Below are positions 10,436 through 19,680 of a DNA stretch of 64,000 bases, in pieces (position 1 is the stretch's first letter; each line of letters opens with the position of its first letter). The stretch comes from a virus, in IMG/VR virus record IMGVR_UViG_3300048927_000308, positions 26,091 to 90,090 of that record; one strand, written 5' to 3'. Below the pieces are notes generated by a model. It searched no databases. It had not been told where the DNA came from and saw only the letters and a list, made by a program, of their open reading frames with translations. The translations under genes and the position numbers were made by a program.

Positions 10436-10571
10436 CGGAACCTCTGAAAAGAAAAAAGCCGCTGGTGGGCGGCTTGTTATACAGGAACTAATATGGTGGC
10501 AGCCCGGTGCGCTGGCTTGTGCCGTCCGTGGAAGTTTGAAAAGAGTCCCATCAGCACCGGGCTATGTGGTG

Positions 10572-10590
10572 ATTGTGCAGAAAGTCACTT
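10572..10590 (-). promoter_or_regulatory. late promoter for mat
   Basis: AAGTGACTT-4-CACAAT. Confidence 0.6.
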
Positions 10591-10752
10591 GTTGCATGTC
10601 AATGCTTTTTTCCGAGGCGGTCAAAAGCACGCTGTAACGGGATGCACACCCTTGGGACACTATGGATTGTTGTGGAGCCGAAAAATTTCGTCTGGAAGCG
10701 CTCGTGAGCTTTGGTTATTCTTTGTTCGGGTTCAGAGCTATACGGATGAGAT

Positions 10753-11397
10753 ATGGATGCTAAACAGGTTGCATTAGGGATCCTCGATGGTATCTCCTCT
10801 ATACCAAATACAGCTTACATGGGTGTTGTAAGAAGCTGGGAGGGGAGCGGACTTGCCGGGGATAGCGTCAAACAAAGAAACCAGGCTGAGACGGAGCGTT
10901 TTTTCTATATGCTCAAAAGCCTGGGTAATGCTGAGTCACCTTTACGCAGGCTAATAACTATTGTTTTCACGTCCTTCTATCAGAAACTCAATGATGAAGG
11001 CAAAGAGGCCGTAAACAATAAATTGGGTTACGGAGCCGGAAGCGTTGGCGGGAGAACTGCTGGGCAAATTGCACTGGCTCAGACAACTGCAAGCCTGATG
11101 TTGAATCGCCTGGCGATTGATCAGGCGTATAAACATTTTGTCCGGTTCACTGCTTCAGCCGCGCTAAACGTCGTAATGTTTCAGGGAATCATTGAAGAAT
11201 CAGCCAGAGCATCAAGAAGGATGAGAGCCAAATATCCCTCAACTTACGCTAGGGTGTCCAAAGAGAATCTGGATATGGTCTACTTCCTCGTTGAAGATCA
11301 GTTAGAGCCTTACCTCGTGTTTATTGAAGGACACCCTATTGATTGCAAAGGAATACAGAATGAAATTTGTAAAATCGTTAATGTCCCACGCAATTGA
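10753..11397 (+). CDS. accessory hypothetical protein (Gly/Ala-rich helices)
   Basis: 214 aa ORF with RBS, opposite to flanking genes. Confidence 0.75.
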   Translation: MDAKQVALGILDGISSIPNTAYMGVVRSWEGSGLAGDSVKQRNQAETERFFYMLKSLGNAESPLRRLITIVFTSFYQKLNDEGKEAVNNKLGYGAGSVGGRTAGQIALAQTTASLMLNRLAIDQAYKHFVRFTASAALNVVMFQGIIEESARASRRMRAKYPSTYARVSKENLDMVYFLVEDQLEPYLVFIEGHPIDCKGIQNEICKIVNVPRN

Positions 11398-11545
11398 GGG
11401 AACCATCACCTTTCTGGCTGTGATTTTTGCGATGGGGTCGTTCTTCTGGTTTGAAAGCACATGGATGAAGGTTGCTGGGTGTATTGGGGCATTGATAGCT
11501 GGCTATGTACTTTCATACGGAGCCGCCAAAATTAGAGGTGGTTGA
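11360..11545 (+). CDS. small two-TM membrane protein
   Basis: 61 aa MKFVKSLM.. with two hydrophobic helices; overlaps upstream gene by 38 nt. Confidence 0.65.
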   Translation: MKFVKSLMSHAIEGTITFLAVIFAMGSFFWFESTWMKVAGCIGALIAGYVLSYGAAKIRGG

Positions 11546-11708
11546 TGCTAAAGCCATGCAGATGAGCTTTACCATAACGGCGACGCTGTAATCCTTGTGC
11601 GATATAGACGATTAGACATCAAAAAAAGCCACTCGGTCGAGTGGCTTACTTATATATCTTTAACGCTAATTTGGTGGTCCTGTTGAGTTTAAACCAGCAT
11701 ACAGGCGA

Positions 11709-12128
11709 TTAAAGGAACCACTGTGGCTTCACGCCGAACCGGTCCGAAAGTGCCTTAATGTGTGAGATCGTCAAGGAGCGCTGGCCGGAGAGGATCTGGC
11801 TCACTAGGGATTTAGATCCAATCTCTTCCTTCAGGTCGGAGTAGGCCAGCTTATGCTGGTCAATCAGCGTGCGCAGCAGCGCGACACCAACCGGCATTTC
11901 TTCGACTTCCTTGTTGAACTCCGCAAAGCGCTCGCTGTTGTCTTCGTAATCGGCGATTTTTGCCGCCAAGAAATCAATCAGCGGGTTTTCATCATCATTT
12001 TCAATCAGGTAGTCCACCAGCGCCAGTGCGTCACGGTAGTCTTTCTCTGAGGCGCTGCCCCCCAGCAGGGGAACAGCGGCAACCAGTTGTTTCGTTGCTT
12101 CGATAGCTTTAGTGGTGTCGGCGATCAT
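11709..12128 (-). CDS. higA: HigA antitoxin (XRE HTH)
   Basis: IGSKSLVSQILSGQRSLTISHIKALS; coupled to higB. Confidence 0.92.
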   Translation of the reverse strand: MIADTTKAIEATKQLVAAVPLLGGSASEKDYRDALALVDYLIENDDENPLIDFLAAKIADYEDNSERFAEFNKEVEEMPVGVALLRTLIDQHKLAYSDLKEEIGSKSLVSQILSGQRSLTISHIKALSDRFGVKPQWFL

Positions 12129-12436
12129 TCTTTATTCTCCCGATAGTAGCGAGTCAGCTTATCGTATTCAGCGTGGGTGGCGATGTGCTTCACGTAGAAG
12201 CGCTTATTCACAAAGTTGATGTAGGCGATCACTCGCAGGTTGTTACCACCAACATCTAAAATCCACCATTTGTTACGGTACTTAAAATTGTCGAGACTTG
12301 GCACGGCAGCGCGAAGTTCATCAGGCGATTTAAAATCTGTTTCGCGGACCAAGCGATACAGCGCCTTTATGGCTGTGGCATCGTTTGGAAAGAGCCTTGC
12401 CGCTTGTTCAAATGGCTCTTTGGAAATGACGTGCAT
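12125..12436 (-). CDS. higB: HigB mRNA interferase toxin
   Basis: MHVISKEPF..DVGGNNLRVIAYINF..THAEYDK. Confidence 0.92.
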   Translation of the reverse strand: MHVISKEPFEQAARLFPNDATAIKALYRLVRETDFKSPDELRAAVPSLDNFKYRNKWWILDVGGNNLRVIAYINFVNKRFYVKHIATHAEYDKLTRYYRENKE

Positions 12437-12553
12437 TGAGAGATTCCCTTCAAGCGTTCACATTATGTAAACACTATAACGCACATTAACCGCGTAGGCA
12501 ACAGGGGAAACTGGCTGGTGGGGAGAGATTAAGCCCGCCGCAGCGGGCGTGTT

Positions 12554-13234
12554 TTAAAGGTCAAACAGGCAACTGGATTCATCGCGGGATCGCTTGCTGG
12601 TGGGGTCTTCAATGCCGTGTTTAGACAACAGGTTGCGCAGCCGGTAGATCGTCATCGAGTCTTCGCGCCGCAGCTTCTCCAGCTCGTTAATCTTGGTAGC
12701 CTGCTGTGTGTTCAGACGCAAATAGGCGCGCTGCTCCTGAAGGAGTGCATCTGGATCCCCGACGCGATGCAGCATATACGCCAGCAACCCGCGCTCTACG
12801 TCCATATCCGCTTCGTGCTGCCAGGCATAAATCAGATCGCGATTGCCGCCCCAGCTGTTACCCACAAGACAGCAGATATGCCCGGCCATCAGTTTGACGT
12901 GCCCACGTTTGTTCACCCATAGCAGCCCCCAGCGGTCAGGTAGGTCGTTAATATTGATGATCCCTTCAGGACACATGTAATAGCGGTAGTCACCCAGTCC
13001 GCCGCTCTGCCGGTGCGGCTTATGCTTATCCCGCAAGAAGTCAGAACGTGACACTTTCACTTCCACAAGCACACTGCCCCCGCGCCAGCCCCAGCGATAA
13101 CCCCAAGCGTCAGCACGCTCTGAATCGCCCACAGCGCCGACTTCGTTCAATGCTATCTTGCACCCAGGCCCCCGCGCAGACTCGGCGCGCAGGAGCCAGC
13201 GGCGGGCTATGTCGTTAAGCTCGGCGTGTGTCAT
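12554..13234 (-). CDS. MmcB-like PD-(D/E)XK nuclease-fold protein
   Basis: E-R-A-D..LVEVKVSRSDFLRD..RYYMCPEG. Confidence 0.7.
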   Translation of the reverse strand: MTHAELNDIARRWLLRAESARGPGCKIALNEVGAVGDSERADAWGYRWGWRGGSVLVEVKVSRSDFLRDKHKPHRQSGGLGDYRYYMCPEGIININDLPDRWGLLWVNKRGHVKLMAGHICCLVGNSWGGNRDLIYAWQHEADMDVERGLLAYMLHRVGDPDALLQEQRAYLRLNTQQATKINELEKLRREDSMTIYRLRNLLSKHGIEDPTSKRSRDESSCLFDL

Positions 13235-13593
13235 GCAGCCACAATCCAATCCGTAGCCAGCAGATCGCCCACAGACGGCACCCAGGGCACAACCACGTCC
13301 TGAGCATTTTTCAGGGCAAAGTAAGCGCCATACGGCACCATATCGCCGGGGAAATGGTCCTTGATCGCTTCCATGCGCGCCGGATACTGACCTTCAGGCA
13401 CCATCCAGCAAAACTGACCGCAACCGTTCCAGCCTTTACGTGCAACACGCTTACCTTCCTTAAGCCACATCAGCGCGTCGGAAAAGTCAGCCTCTTCGAG
13501 ATTAATGGCTTCAGCATTCTCCTTCGCCAGGATGCTTCTCACCTCATTCATGAGTTTTTCGTCGGAAAGCAGTGCATTAATATCGATCGTCAT
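13231..13593 (-). CDS. DUF2829 / Tad2-like protein
   Basis: FSDAL..LKEGKRVARKGWNG..WVPSVGDLLATDW. Confidence 0.82.
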   Translation of the reverse strand: MTIDINALLSDEKLMNEVRSILAKENAEAINLEEADFSDALMWLKEGKRVARKGWNGCGQFCWMVPEGQYPARMEAIKDHFPGDMVPYGAYFALKNAQDVVVPWVPSVGDLLATDWIVAA

Positions 13594-13606
13594 GATTCAT
13601 CGCCTC

Positions 13607-13843
13607 TTAATGGTTTCTCAGATATTCGCTACCCGCAGGGGTAACGGCGCAGCGGAGAACAGATCCACCCTTAACCCTCGCGACGCGCACCAGCTTCAGA
13701 TCCACCAGCTTCTTCACCGGCGCCGTGCAAATCTGCCCGCCGGCGTCGCCGCTCCAGCGATATACGCCGCTTTCGCCCTGGAATACCTGATCTCCATTCG
13801 CCATGCGGCGCAGTACCTGCAATTGCTGTTTCGTCAGTTCCAC
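13607..13843 (-). CDS. small wHTH-like hypothetical protein
   Basis: LTKQQLQVLRRM..VTPAGSEYL; GAGG RBS. Confidence 0.6.
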   Translation of the reverse strand: MELTKQQLQVLRRMANGDQVFQGESGVYRWSGDAGGQICTAPVKKLVDLKLVRVARVKGGSVLRCAVTPAGSEYLRNH

Positions 13844-13869
13844 TTTTCATCCTCAAAATAATATAAATA

Positions 13870-14427
13870 TTAGACTAATATATCTGCCAGTGTATACGCA
13901 TCAACCAGCAGTGCCGCCTCCGGCTTATTAAGGGCCGAAAACGCCGCTTTGCCGCCTACAGCGCCGTCAGCATGTACCGGCACCAGCCAGGGGTGAATCT
14001 TACGGATCTCCGGCGGAGCCGCGTACTGGTGATGCCATTTACAAAGCGGAAGCTGCTTTTTGTGGCAATCCGGTGCGGTCCGCCCCTCGATGTGATGAAG
14101 GGAGATCTCTGTGTTGATTACGCCGTGCATGTAGCAGGCGATACACGGCAGAGCACCGAGCGCATCAGTAATACGTTTTTCTTCTGCCGTTGGAGTTCTG
14201 CCCTTCAGACCTCTCGAATTAATCGGTTTGCGTTGTTTTGTGGCTGGTGGAGCGGGGGAGGTTAGCTTGCGCGCTCGGCGCTTGGCTTCTGCTTCGCGGC
14301 GTTTCTGGTATTGCTCTTCACGCCATACGGGGTCTGAAAGCTTGGCCCGCTGTTTGGCTATAGCCCTTTGCCGGGCTTCACTGGCACGCTGGCGACGCCT
14401 GGCGATTTGTTGCTCTGTCAATTCCAT
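13870..14427 (-). CDS. ref: RecA-dependent HNH nuclease Ref
   Basis: SRGLKGRTPTAEE..PCIACYMHG..LHHIEGRT..LPLCKWHH. Confidence 0.95.
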   Translation of the reverse strand: MELTEQQIARRRQRASEARQRAIAKQRAKLSDPVWREEQYQKRREAEAKRRARKLTSPAPPATKQRKPINSRGLKGRTPTAEEKRITDALGALPCIACYMHGVINTEISLHHIEGRTAPDCHKKQLPLCKWHHQYAAPPEIRKIHPWLVPVHADGAVGGKAAFSALNKPEAALLVDAYTLADILV

Positions 14428-14440
14428 GATTGATTGGCCC

Positions 14441-14466
14441 AAAAAAAAGACGGTCCGAAGACCGTC
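14441..14466 (-). terminator. ref leader attenuator
   Basis: GACGGTC-TTCG-GACCGTC + T8. Confidence 0.75.
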
Positions 14467-14522
14467 AGGGAGATAAATTAAGGCTTTTATTATGACAGTT
14501 ATCTTTTTCGGCTTAATTATAC

Positions 14523-14539
14523 ATAACTATTAGAGCAAT
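14523..14539 (-). promoter_or_regulatory. C1 operator upstream of ref
   Basis: ATTGCTCTAATAGTTAT. Confidence 0.75.
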
Positions 14540-14871
14540 CATAGCTTTTCATAAATTGCCCATTCATCAAGATAAGCATTGGACATCGAGATTGCCGCGA
14601 TGCCCTCTGTGCCTTCTTCAGCCCAGCCGTGACGGGTGAGGATGTTTTTGAAGCGCTTACGGTATAGGCCTTTCAGCAGTTCTGTTTTCACTTCTGTTAT
14701 GTACTCCTTGTGCGCCCGCGCTTCTGGCGAATAACGGCGACGGATAACCAAGATCAGAATTATGAACCAGCACGCGACAATCATCAGCCACCAGATAGAC
14801 AGAGCCGGGTCATTAATGGCTGAAACAATGACGTTGGCCACCAGCATAAAGACCATAAAACGGATAGGCAT
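14539..14871 (-). CDS. membrane protein
   Basis: Two N-terminal hydrophobic helices; GGAG RBS. Confidence 0.65.
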   Translation of the reverse strand: MPIRFMVFMLVANVIVSAINDPALSIWWLMIVACWFIILILVIRRRYSPEARAHKEYITEVKTELLKGLYRKRFKNILTRHGWAEEGTEGIAAISMSNAYLDEWAIYEKL

Positions 14872-14883
14872 CGTTGTTGCTCC

Positions 14884-15492
14884 TTAAGACCTCTTCCCAA
14901 TAAAAATACCGGTTTCTATCTCCGCACGTTCTTCAGGTGTGAAGATGTTTTCTGGCAGGATGGCGGCAATTTTACCCGGTGACCATGACAGCGGCTCGCT
15001 GGCGCGGATCACCTCGTTCAGGCGGTCAAAGGCCTCCTCCAGCGCCTGCGGAAGGTCTCCTCCGTCCGGCAGGTCGTCGCAATAATGGTCGCAGCCATCG
15101 ATCTGGCTCGGATAGTTAGGAGTGCAGACCACCAGCTGTAGTTCTTCCGGATATAAACCGTTTTCTAAGCAGTGATCGAGAATGTCGTCAACGTCGCTCA
15201 GGTACTTGTCGGTGCCATGCAAATGGAGCATTGCTTTCCCGTCCCACAGCTGGCGCTCCATCGCCTGATATCGCGCTTGCTCGCGCTCATCGTGGCAGGC
15301 CTCGCAGTAGCTGTTATTCGCCCGGACCCCGTGTTCGGGGTTCTTATCACAAAGCTGGTGGGTGCTACCGGCGAAGCGGGCCATATGTTCATCTTTACCC
15401 CAAAAGTGGCCGTGGCGGTCTACCCAGCCCGTCAGCGTCTGGATACTGGCAGCTTCAGTAGAGTCATACATCACGATCGGCTCTTTTTTCAT
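14884..15492 (-). CDS. hypothetical phage protein with C/H cluster
   Basis: ORF track; coupled to neighbour. Confidence 0.7.
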   Translation of the reverse strand: MKKEPIVMYDSTEAASIQTLTGWVDRHGHFWGKDEHMARFAGSTHQLCDKNPEHGVRANNSYCEACHDEREQARYQAMERQLWDGKAMLHLHGTDKYLSDVDDILDHCLENGLYPEELQLVVCTPNYPSQIDGCDHYCDDLPDGGDLPQALEEAFDRLNEVIRASEPLSWSPGKIAAILPENIFTPEERAEIETGIFIGKRS

Positions 15493-15749
15493 TTTGCAGT
15501 TCCTGTGCATTGCGCCTCGGCGCTGTTTTTAATCACTAAATAAGTAGCATGTCGCTCAATAGCCCGCCGGGCCTTTCCGGCATTAATCATTTCTGCGACT
15601 AAGGCTTGTAGTTCTTCACCTTTTTCAGGAAGTTTCTCTATCGCGCTCGCCACCTTTTTCTTCAAACACTCCATGCGATAGTCGATAGCGTTTGTAATGT
15701 CGATAGCTGGAAGGGTGATGAGAGTTTCTTCAGGGGAGATAGACATCAC
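15489..15749 (-). CDS. hypothetical protein
   Basis: Coupled ORF. Confidence 0.55.
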   Translation of the reverse strand: MMSISPEETLITLPAIDITNAIDYRMECLKKKVASAIEKLPEKGEELQALVAEMINAGKARRAIERHATYLVIKNSAEAQCTGTAK

Positions 15750-16507
15750 GACTTCTCTCCTTTTCGGATTCTCTCTGCTGCATCTTCAATAGCTTTGCTG
15801 GTGGCTGGGAAAGCCTCTTTCATCTTGGCCAGCGCCTGGCTATGAGTTATGAAGGTGGTGGTGCCATCGTTGGCCACCAGATTCGATTCATACCAATCCT
15901 CCAGTCCGGCGACGGTCATATCATCCGGCATATCTGCCTGCGCTTCGTCGGTGATAAAGGATAGCCATTTGCTGGCTTCGTATATGTCGCCCTGGTGAAT
16001 ACACAGCTGCGCGGCCTGCATGCACAGACTTGCTTTGGCGAACATCCAAGAAATGCTTAGCTCACTGGCTGCACGCATAAGAAGGGAAGCGCTTTCGTTC
16101 TCCAGTTCATGCTTATGATCTTCCAGCTCTGCAATGCGCTGCGCAGGAGTTTTATGGTCAGGTTTCTGGATGGTGATGTTAATCCGGCCGAACTCCGGCA
16201 CGTTATAATCAAAGGTGAAGAAGTTGCGTCCGCCGCCCCGCACAAACTCTGCTGCAAACATAAGAGCGGCGATGCTTGAGATTGTCCGGTTTGCAAAGAA
16301 GTATTCCAGGTTAACCGGCTCTTCACTCTTGAGCTGGTGGCCTGCTTGCTCCATCAACGCATAAAAGCGATCCATTTCGTCAGCCTTCTCCTTAATTCGC
16401 TTCAGCTCTCCGTAAAGCATGTCTACGGGTACGCCCAACAGGTCGGCGTAATTGTGGAGGGTTACGTTTACAATGCCGCTGTCGGCATGGTCAAAGGTGT
16501 TGCTCAT
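15746..16507 (-). CDS. hypothetical protein (possibly Ead/Ea22-like)
   Basis: 253 aa; AQRIAELE coiled coil. Confidence 0.6.
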   Translation of the reverse strand: MSNTFDHADSGIVNVTLHNYADLLGVPVDMLYGELKRIKEKADEMDRFYALMEQAGHQLKSEEPVNLEYFFANRTISSIAALMFAAEFVRGGGRNFFTFDYNVPEFGRINITIQKPDHKTPAQRIAELEDHKHELENESASLLMRAASELSISWMFAKASLCMQAAQLCIHQGDIYEASKWLSFITDEAQADMPDDMTVAGLEDWYESNLVANDGTTTFITHSQALAKMKEAFPATSKAIEDAAERIRKGEKS

Positions 16508-16550
16508 GTCTTTTTCCTATAGCAAGCGAACCTTGTGATATACTCGTTCG

Positions 16551-16619
16551 CGATTGATTGGCTCGTAGCAAAACTACAGCCATGTGTGCAGCCCGGCGAA
16601 AGCTGGGCTTCTTTCTTTT
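16551..16619 (+). ncRNA. predicted ~68-nt antisense sRNA
   Basis: Extended -10 TGaTATACT (16536-16544), internal hairpin, terminator AGCCCGGC-GAAA-GCTGGGCT + T-rich tail. Confidence 0.55.
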
Positions 16620-16777
16620 CAGTCCTCTCCCTTGGTGCGATAGAGCGCCACCAGCACCGATAAAGCGATAATCATTAGAGCAAATACGCCAACTTTATCT
16701 GCGTTGTAGTCCTGAAAAACCTTCCACATGTGCCAGCCGATCACCAGACCAACCAGCACCATACCAATCCTTCTCAT
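16619..16777 (-). CDS. 52-aa two-TM small protein (not in ORF track)
   Basis: MRRIGMVLVGLVIGWHMWKVFQDYNADKVGVFALMIIALSVLVALYRTKGED; ATGA overlap with upstream ORF. Confidence 0.6.
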   Translation of the reverse strand: MRRIGMVLVGLVIGWHMWKVFQDYNADKVGVFALMIIALSVLVALYRTKGED

Positions 16778-17091
16778 CGTGTGTTTCCTCGCTTCGCCAT
16801 CAGCTGTGATTGTGCTGCGCTGCGGCTCAGGCAGTCGTTGACCATGCTGATCAGCTCCCCGTACTCCGCCACCAGCTTATCCAGCCCACGGCGGGCGGTT
16901 TCATCGGTCGCATTGCTCACGAACGCCTGCGCGCTCTGGTCACTCTTCATGGGGAACTCAACCGCAATACTGGCCAGCTCTGGCATGTCTTCGGAAAGAC
17001 GAAGGCCCACAATAACTACGGGGCGGCCGTTTGCCCGGCTAGCTGCCAGGTATACGGTTTTCCCGTCGATAATGAAGGCCTGTTTGGTCAT
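16774..17091 (-). CDS. hypothetical protein
   Basis: First gene after C1 operator at 17112. Confidence 0.65.
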   Translation of the reverse strand: MTKQAFIIDGKTVYLAASRANGRPVVIVGLRLSEDMPELASIAVEFPMKSDQSAQAFVSNATDETARRGLDKLVAEYGELISMVNDCLSRSAAQSQLMAKRGNTR

Positions 17092-17111
17092 AGCTCTGTA
17101 TTTAAAATAAT

Positions 17112-17128
17112 TAAGTTATTAGAGCAAT
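17112..17128 (-). promoter_or_regulatory. C1 operator
   Basis: ATTGCTCTAATAACTTA. Confidence 0.75.
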
Positions 17129-17171
17129 AATAAAGGGGGCTTCTCTGGTTGTCATCAATAATCTGGTATTT

Positions 17172-18200
17172 TTAATCCTCTTCCAGCAGGCGCACCATTG
17201 CGCCGGTTTCGCTATCCAGGTTACGGATGTAGCTCATCACAATGTTGGTGTTGGTCCAGCCGCCAGCCTGCATGATCTCCATAATGCCTACCCCCGCGCG
17301 CGCCATGTCGCGGGCAGCGCCCACACGGGCACTGTGACCGGACCAGGCAAGATAGCGCGTGGCATTGTCACTTTTCGCGCCGTAAAGGGTGCGGTGAACA
17401 GACTCGAAGATGTTTTCCAGCGCGCGGGTAGTCAGCTTGCTGGTGGATGATGGCCCGGCCGCGTCATTCTTCAGCACGCGGCAGAACAGGTAATTGTTCG
17501 GGTCTTCGCCTACACCAGAAACGGCTATCCAGCGCTCCACCAGCTGCGTGACGTTCAGGCTCAGCGCCTTTTCCACGCCAGCGGTGCTAACCAACGTCTT
17601 TGTGCGACCGATACGCACCAGCATGCGGCCGCCCTCTGTACGGGTAATATCCTTAACACGGATACGGGCGATCTCCGCGACGCGCAGTAGCGTGTTATAG
17701 GCCAGTCCCAAAAATGCCAGGTTACGGATATCCTTCACCCGGTCACTGCCGCCGAGCAGCGCGCGCACCTGGAGGAAGTCCCGACGTTCGAAGGCCAGCG
17801 CCTGCGTTGCTCGTTCGCCAGCGTCCACGTTTTCCTTCCGGATCCGACGCATCACCAGAGAAACGGCGTTACTGTCGCTCGGACGCGGCAGCCCGGCGCG
17901 CTTGTGCAGCATATTGAGCTGTCCGAGGTGCATCTGGATCGTCTTCACCTTGCACCCGCGTTCCTGCAAACTCAGCAGATAATCGCGGACGTTCTCCGGG
18001 TCGGCCGGAAACCAGGTGTGGCCCTTTTCCATGCACCAGCCAGCCCACGCGCGGCAGACGGACATCAGCATTTTCCATGTGTGCTCGGAAAAGGCCGCTT
18101 TGTCACGGAACATCGCGTGAAGGTTATTCCGCACGTCGTCGCTGGTGGATTCGACAGGTAAAGCGGGTAAATTGTGGTGAACGGTCAACGTATCGGTCAT
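17172..18200 (-). CDS. cre: Cre tyrosine recombinase
   Basis: AYNTLLRVAEI, WSGHSARVGAARDM, GGW..VMSYIRNLDSETGAMVRLLE. Confidence 0.98.
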   Translation of the reverse strand: MTDTLTVHHNLPALPVESTSDDVRNNLHAMFRDKAAFSEHTWKMLMSVCRAWAGWCMEKGHTWFPADPENVRDYLLSLQERGCKVKTIQMHLGQLNMLHKRAGLPRPSDSNAVSLVMRRIRKENVDAGERATQALAFERRDFLQVRALLGGSDRVKDIRNLAFLGLAYNTLLRVAEIARIRVKDITRTEGGRMLVRIGRTKTLVSTAGVEKALSLNVTQLVERWIAVSGVGEDPNNYLFCRVLKNDAAGPSSTSKLTTRALENIFESVHRTLYGAKSDNATRYLAWSGHSARVGAARDMARAGVGIMEIMQAGGWTNTNIVMSYIRNLDSETGAMVRLLEED

Positions 18201-18207
18201 AAGTTAG

Positions 18208-18423
18208 TCAAATTGTTGTTTTCAGAAGAGTGTACAGCATGGATTCGGCTTTTACTCGCCCGCGCTGCGCTTCATACAGACACCAGCGGCCGCGTTCCTT
18301 CCGGATCACGTCTTCGCCTCGCGTCAGCGTCAGGTCGGTGGCTTTACGCTCGTACCCTTTAGCGCGCCAGTATCCGCGATTTTTCTCCAGCTCCAGATGT
18401 GCTGCTACGTCGCCCGCCCTCAT
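18208..18423 (-). CDS. hypothetical protein
   Basis: ATGA-coupled to upstream ORF. Confidence 0.5.
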   Translation of the reverse strand: MRAGDVAAHLELEKNRGYWRAKGYERKATDLTLTRGEDVIRKERGRWCLYEAQRGRVKAESMLYTLLKTTI

Positions 18424-19481
18424 GCCGTCACCTCTTCAGTATTGCCCACCAGCTCCATGCGGTTTTCATGGGGGTTGAAGCCATCTACCTCACTGCGTCG
18501 AAATTTACCGGCATAGTTCGGATCCTTCGTATAGCCGTTGAACTCTGGACAATGGTAGAGCTGGTGGCCAGTATGGAAAAGGCGGTAAAGCGGCTCGTTG
18601 TCAGGGAAAAGGATCTGCTTCAGTTGGTGCGCGCGCAGGTAGTCCATGCTGGCCACGGCATCGCTCAGCAGCCTTTCCAACTTGCGGCGGCGCGCGTTAC
18701 CGTTACGTTTCTGGCGCGGATTTTCCGGGCGCTGTACATAAAGGTCAAAACTGGCCTTGTTGCCGATCCCATAGCGGCCCCAAGCGACGTACCACATATT
18801 GTTGATGTTGTACCAAGCAGTGCCGGTCATGATCCGGCCTTTATGGTCGAACCACCAGACGCGAATCCCCGGTGCCAGTTGCTGGCCTTCAGCAGATTTG
18901 TAGTTGTAGGTGTATGGGTTCTTTTTCAGGTACTCGGCCCAATCGCCGTTATTGTTCCAGCTAGACCGGTAATCAGCCTTGATGATGTCCATATTGGTTA
19001 ATTTGCCGGGACCAATGTCGCTCCAGCCCGGATCCTTTTCCATCAGGCGGTAGCCGTCGAAGACGTTGGTCAGGTAGGTGACTATCCGGTTGCGGGTCCG
19101 CAACATTTCCATGCGCATCAGGTATGGCATGTGTTTTTCTTTATCGGACTGATAGCGGCCCTCGTAATCAGGGCGGTTCGGCGCGTTCACGTTCTGGAAA
19201 AACTCCAGCTCAATGCTGCGGCCGTGAAGCTTCAGATCAGCTTTTAGATCGCCTTTGGTGCAGTAGCGGAACTGGCGGGCAAAATTAACGCCGTACCGGT
19301 CAATATCCTCCTGCGGGACCACCACCAGCCAACCCAGGCGATTTAACGTCTGAATGACGCGGCGGAAGACGTCACGCTTGAATCCGCGTTCATAGGCATC
19401 GTCCACGCGCTCCGGGTTTTCCCATATATACAGGCAGGCATCGCCCAGGCGGATATCACCATTTCTTTTAATCTGTGCCAT
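18420..19481 (-). CDS. hypothetical protein with UVR-like helical motif
   Basis: 353 aa, GAGG RBS; LERLLSDAVASMDYLRAHQLKQIL. Confidence 0.75.
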   Translation of the reverse strand: MAQIKRNGDIRLGDACLYIWENPERVDDAYERGFKRDVFRRVIQTLNRLGWLVVVPQEDIDRYGVNFARQFRYCTKGDLKADLKLHGRSIELEFFQNVNAPNRPDYEGRYQSDKEKHMPYLMRMEMLRTRNRIVTYLTNVFDGYRLMEKDPGWSDIGPGKLTNMDIIKADYRSSWNNNGDWAEYLKKNPYTYNYKSAEGQQLAPGIRVWWFDHKGRIMTGTAWYNINNMWYVAWGRYGIGNKASFDLYVQRPENPRQKRNGNARRRKLERLLSDAVASMDYLRAHQLKQILFPDNEPLYRLFHTGHQLYHCPEFNGYTKDPNYAGKFRRSEVDGFNPHENRMELVGNTEEVTA

Positions 19482-19521
19482 GTAACACCTCTATTTTGAT
19501 TGATTGGCTAAGTAAGCGTGC

Positions 19522-19576
19522 GCTACGTGAATTCTGATATTTTTCGCGGGTATTTCTTCCCGAAAATTCACGTAGC
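19522..19576. repeat. 12-bp inverted repeat in cre-operon leader
   Basis: GCTACGTGAATT ... AATTCACGTAGC. Confidence 0.7.
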
Positions 19577-19635
19577 TGCATCTGATCAATGATCACACAA
19601 TCAAGCACATGTAAAACAAGGGCTTGCGATTGTGA

Positions 19636-19651
19636 CTGTATGGATATACAG
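19636..19651. promoter_or_regulatory. LexA (SOS) box beside loxP
   Basis: CTGTATGGATATACAG (CTG-N10-CAG), flanked by GATC sites. Confidence 0.8.
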
Positions 19652-19680
19652 TATATTTGATCACGTGATCAGGGTAAATA

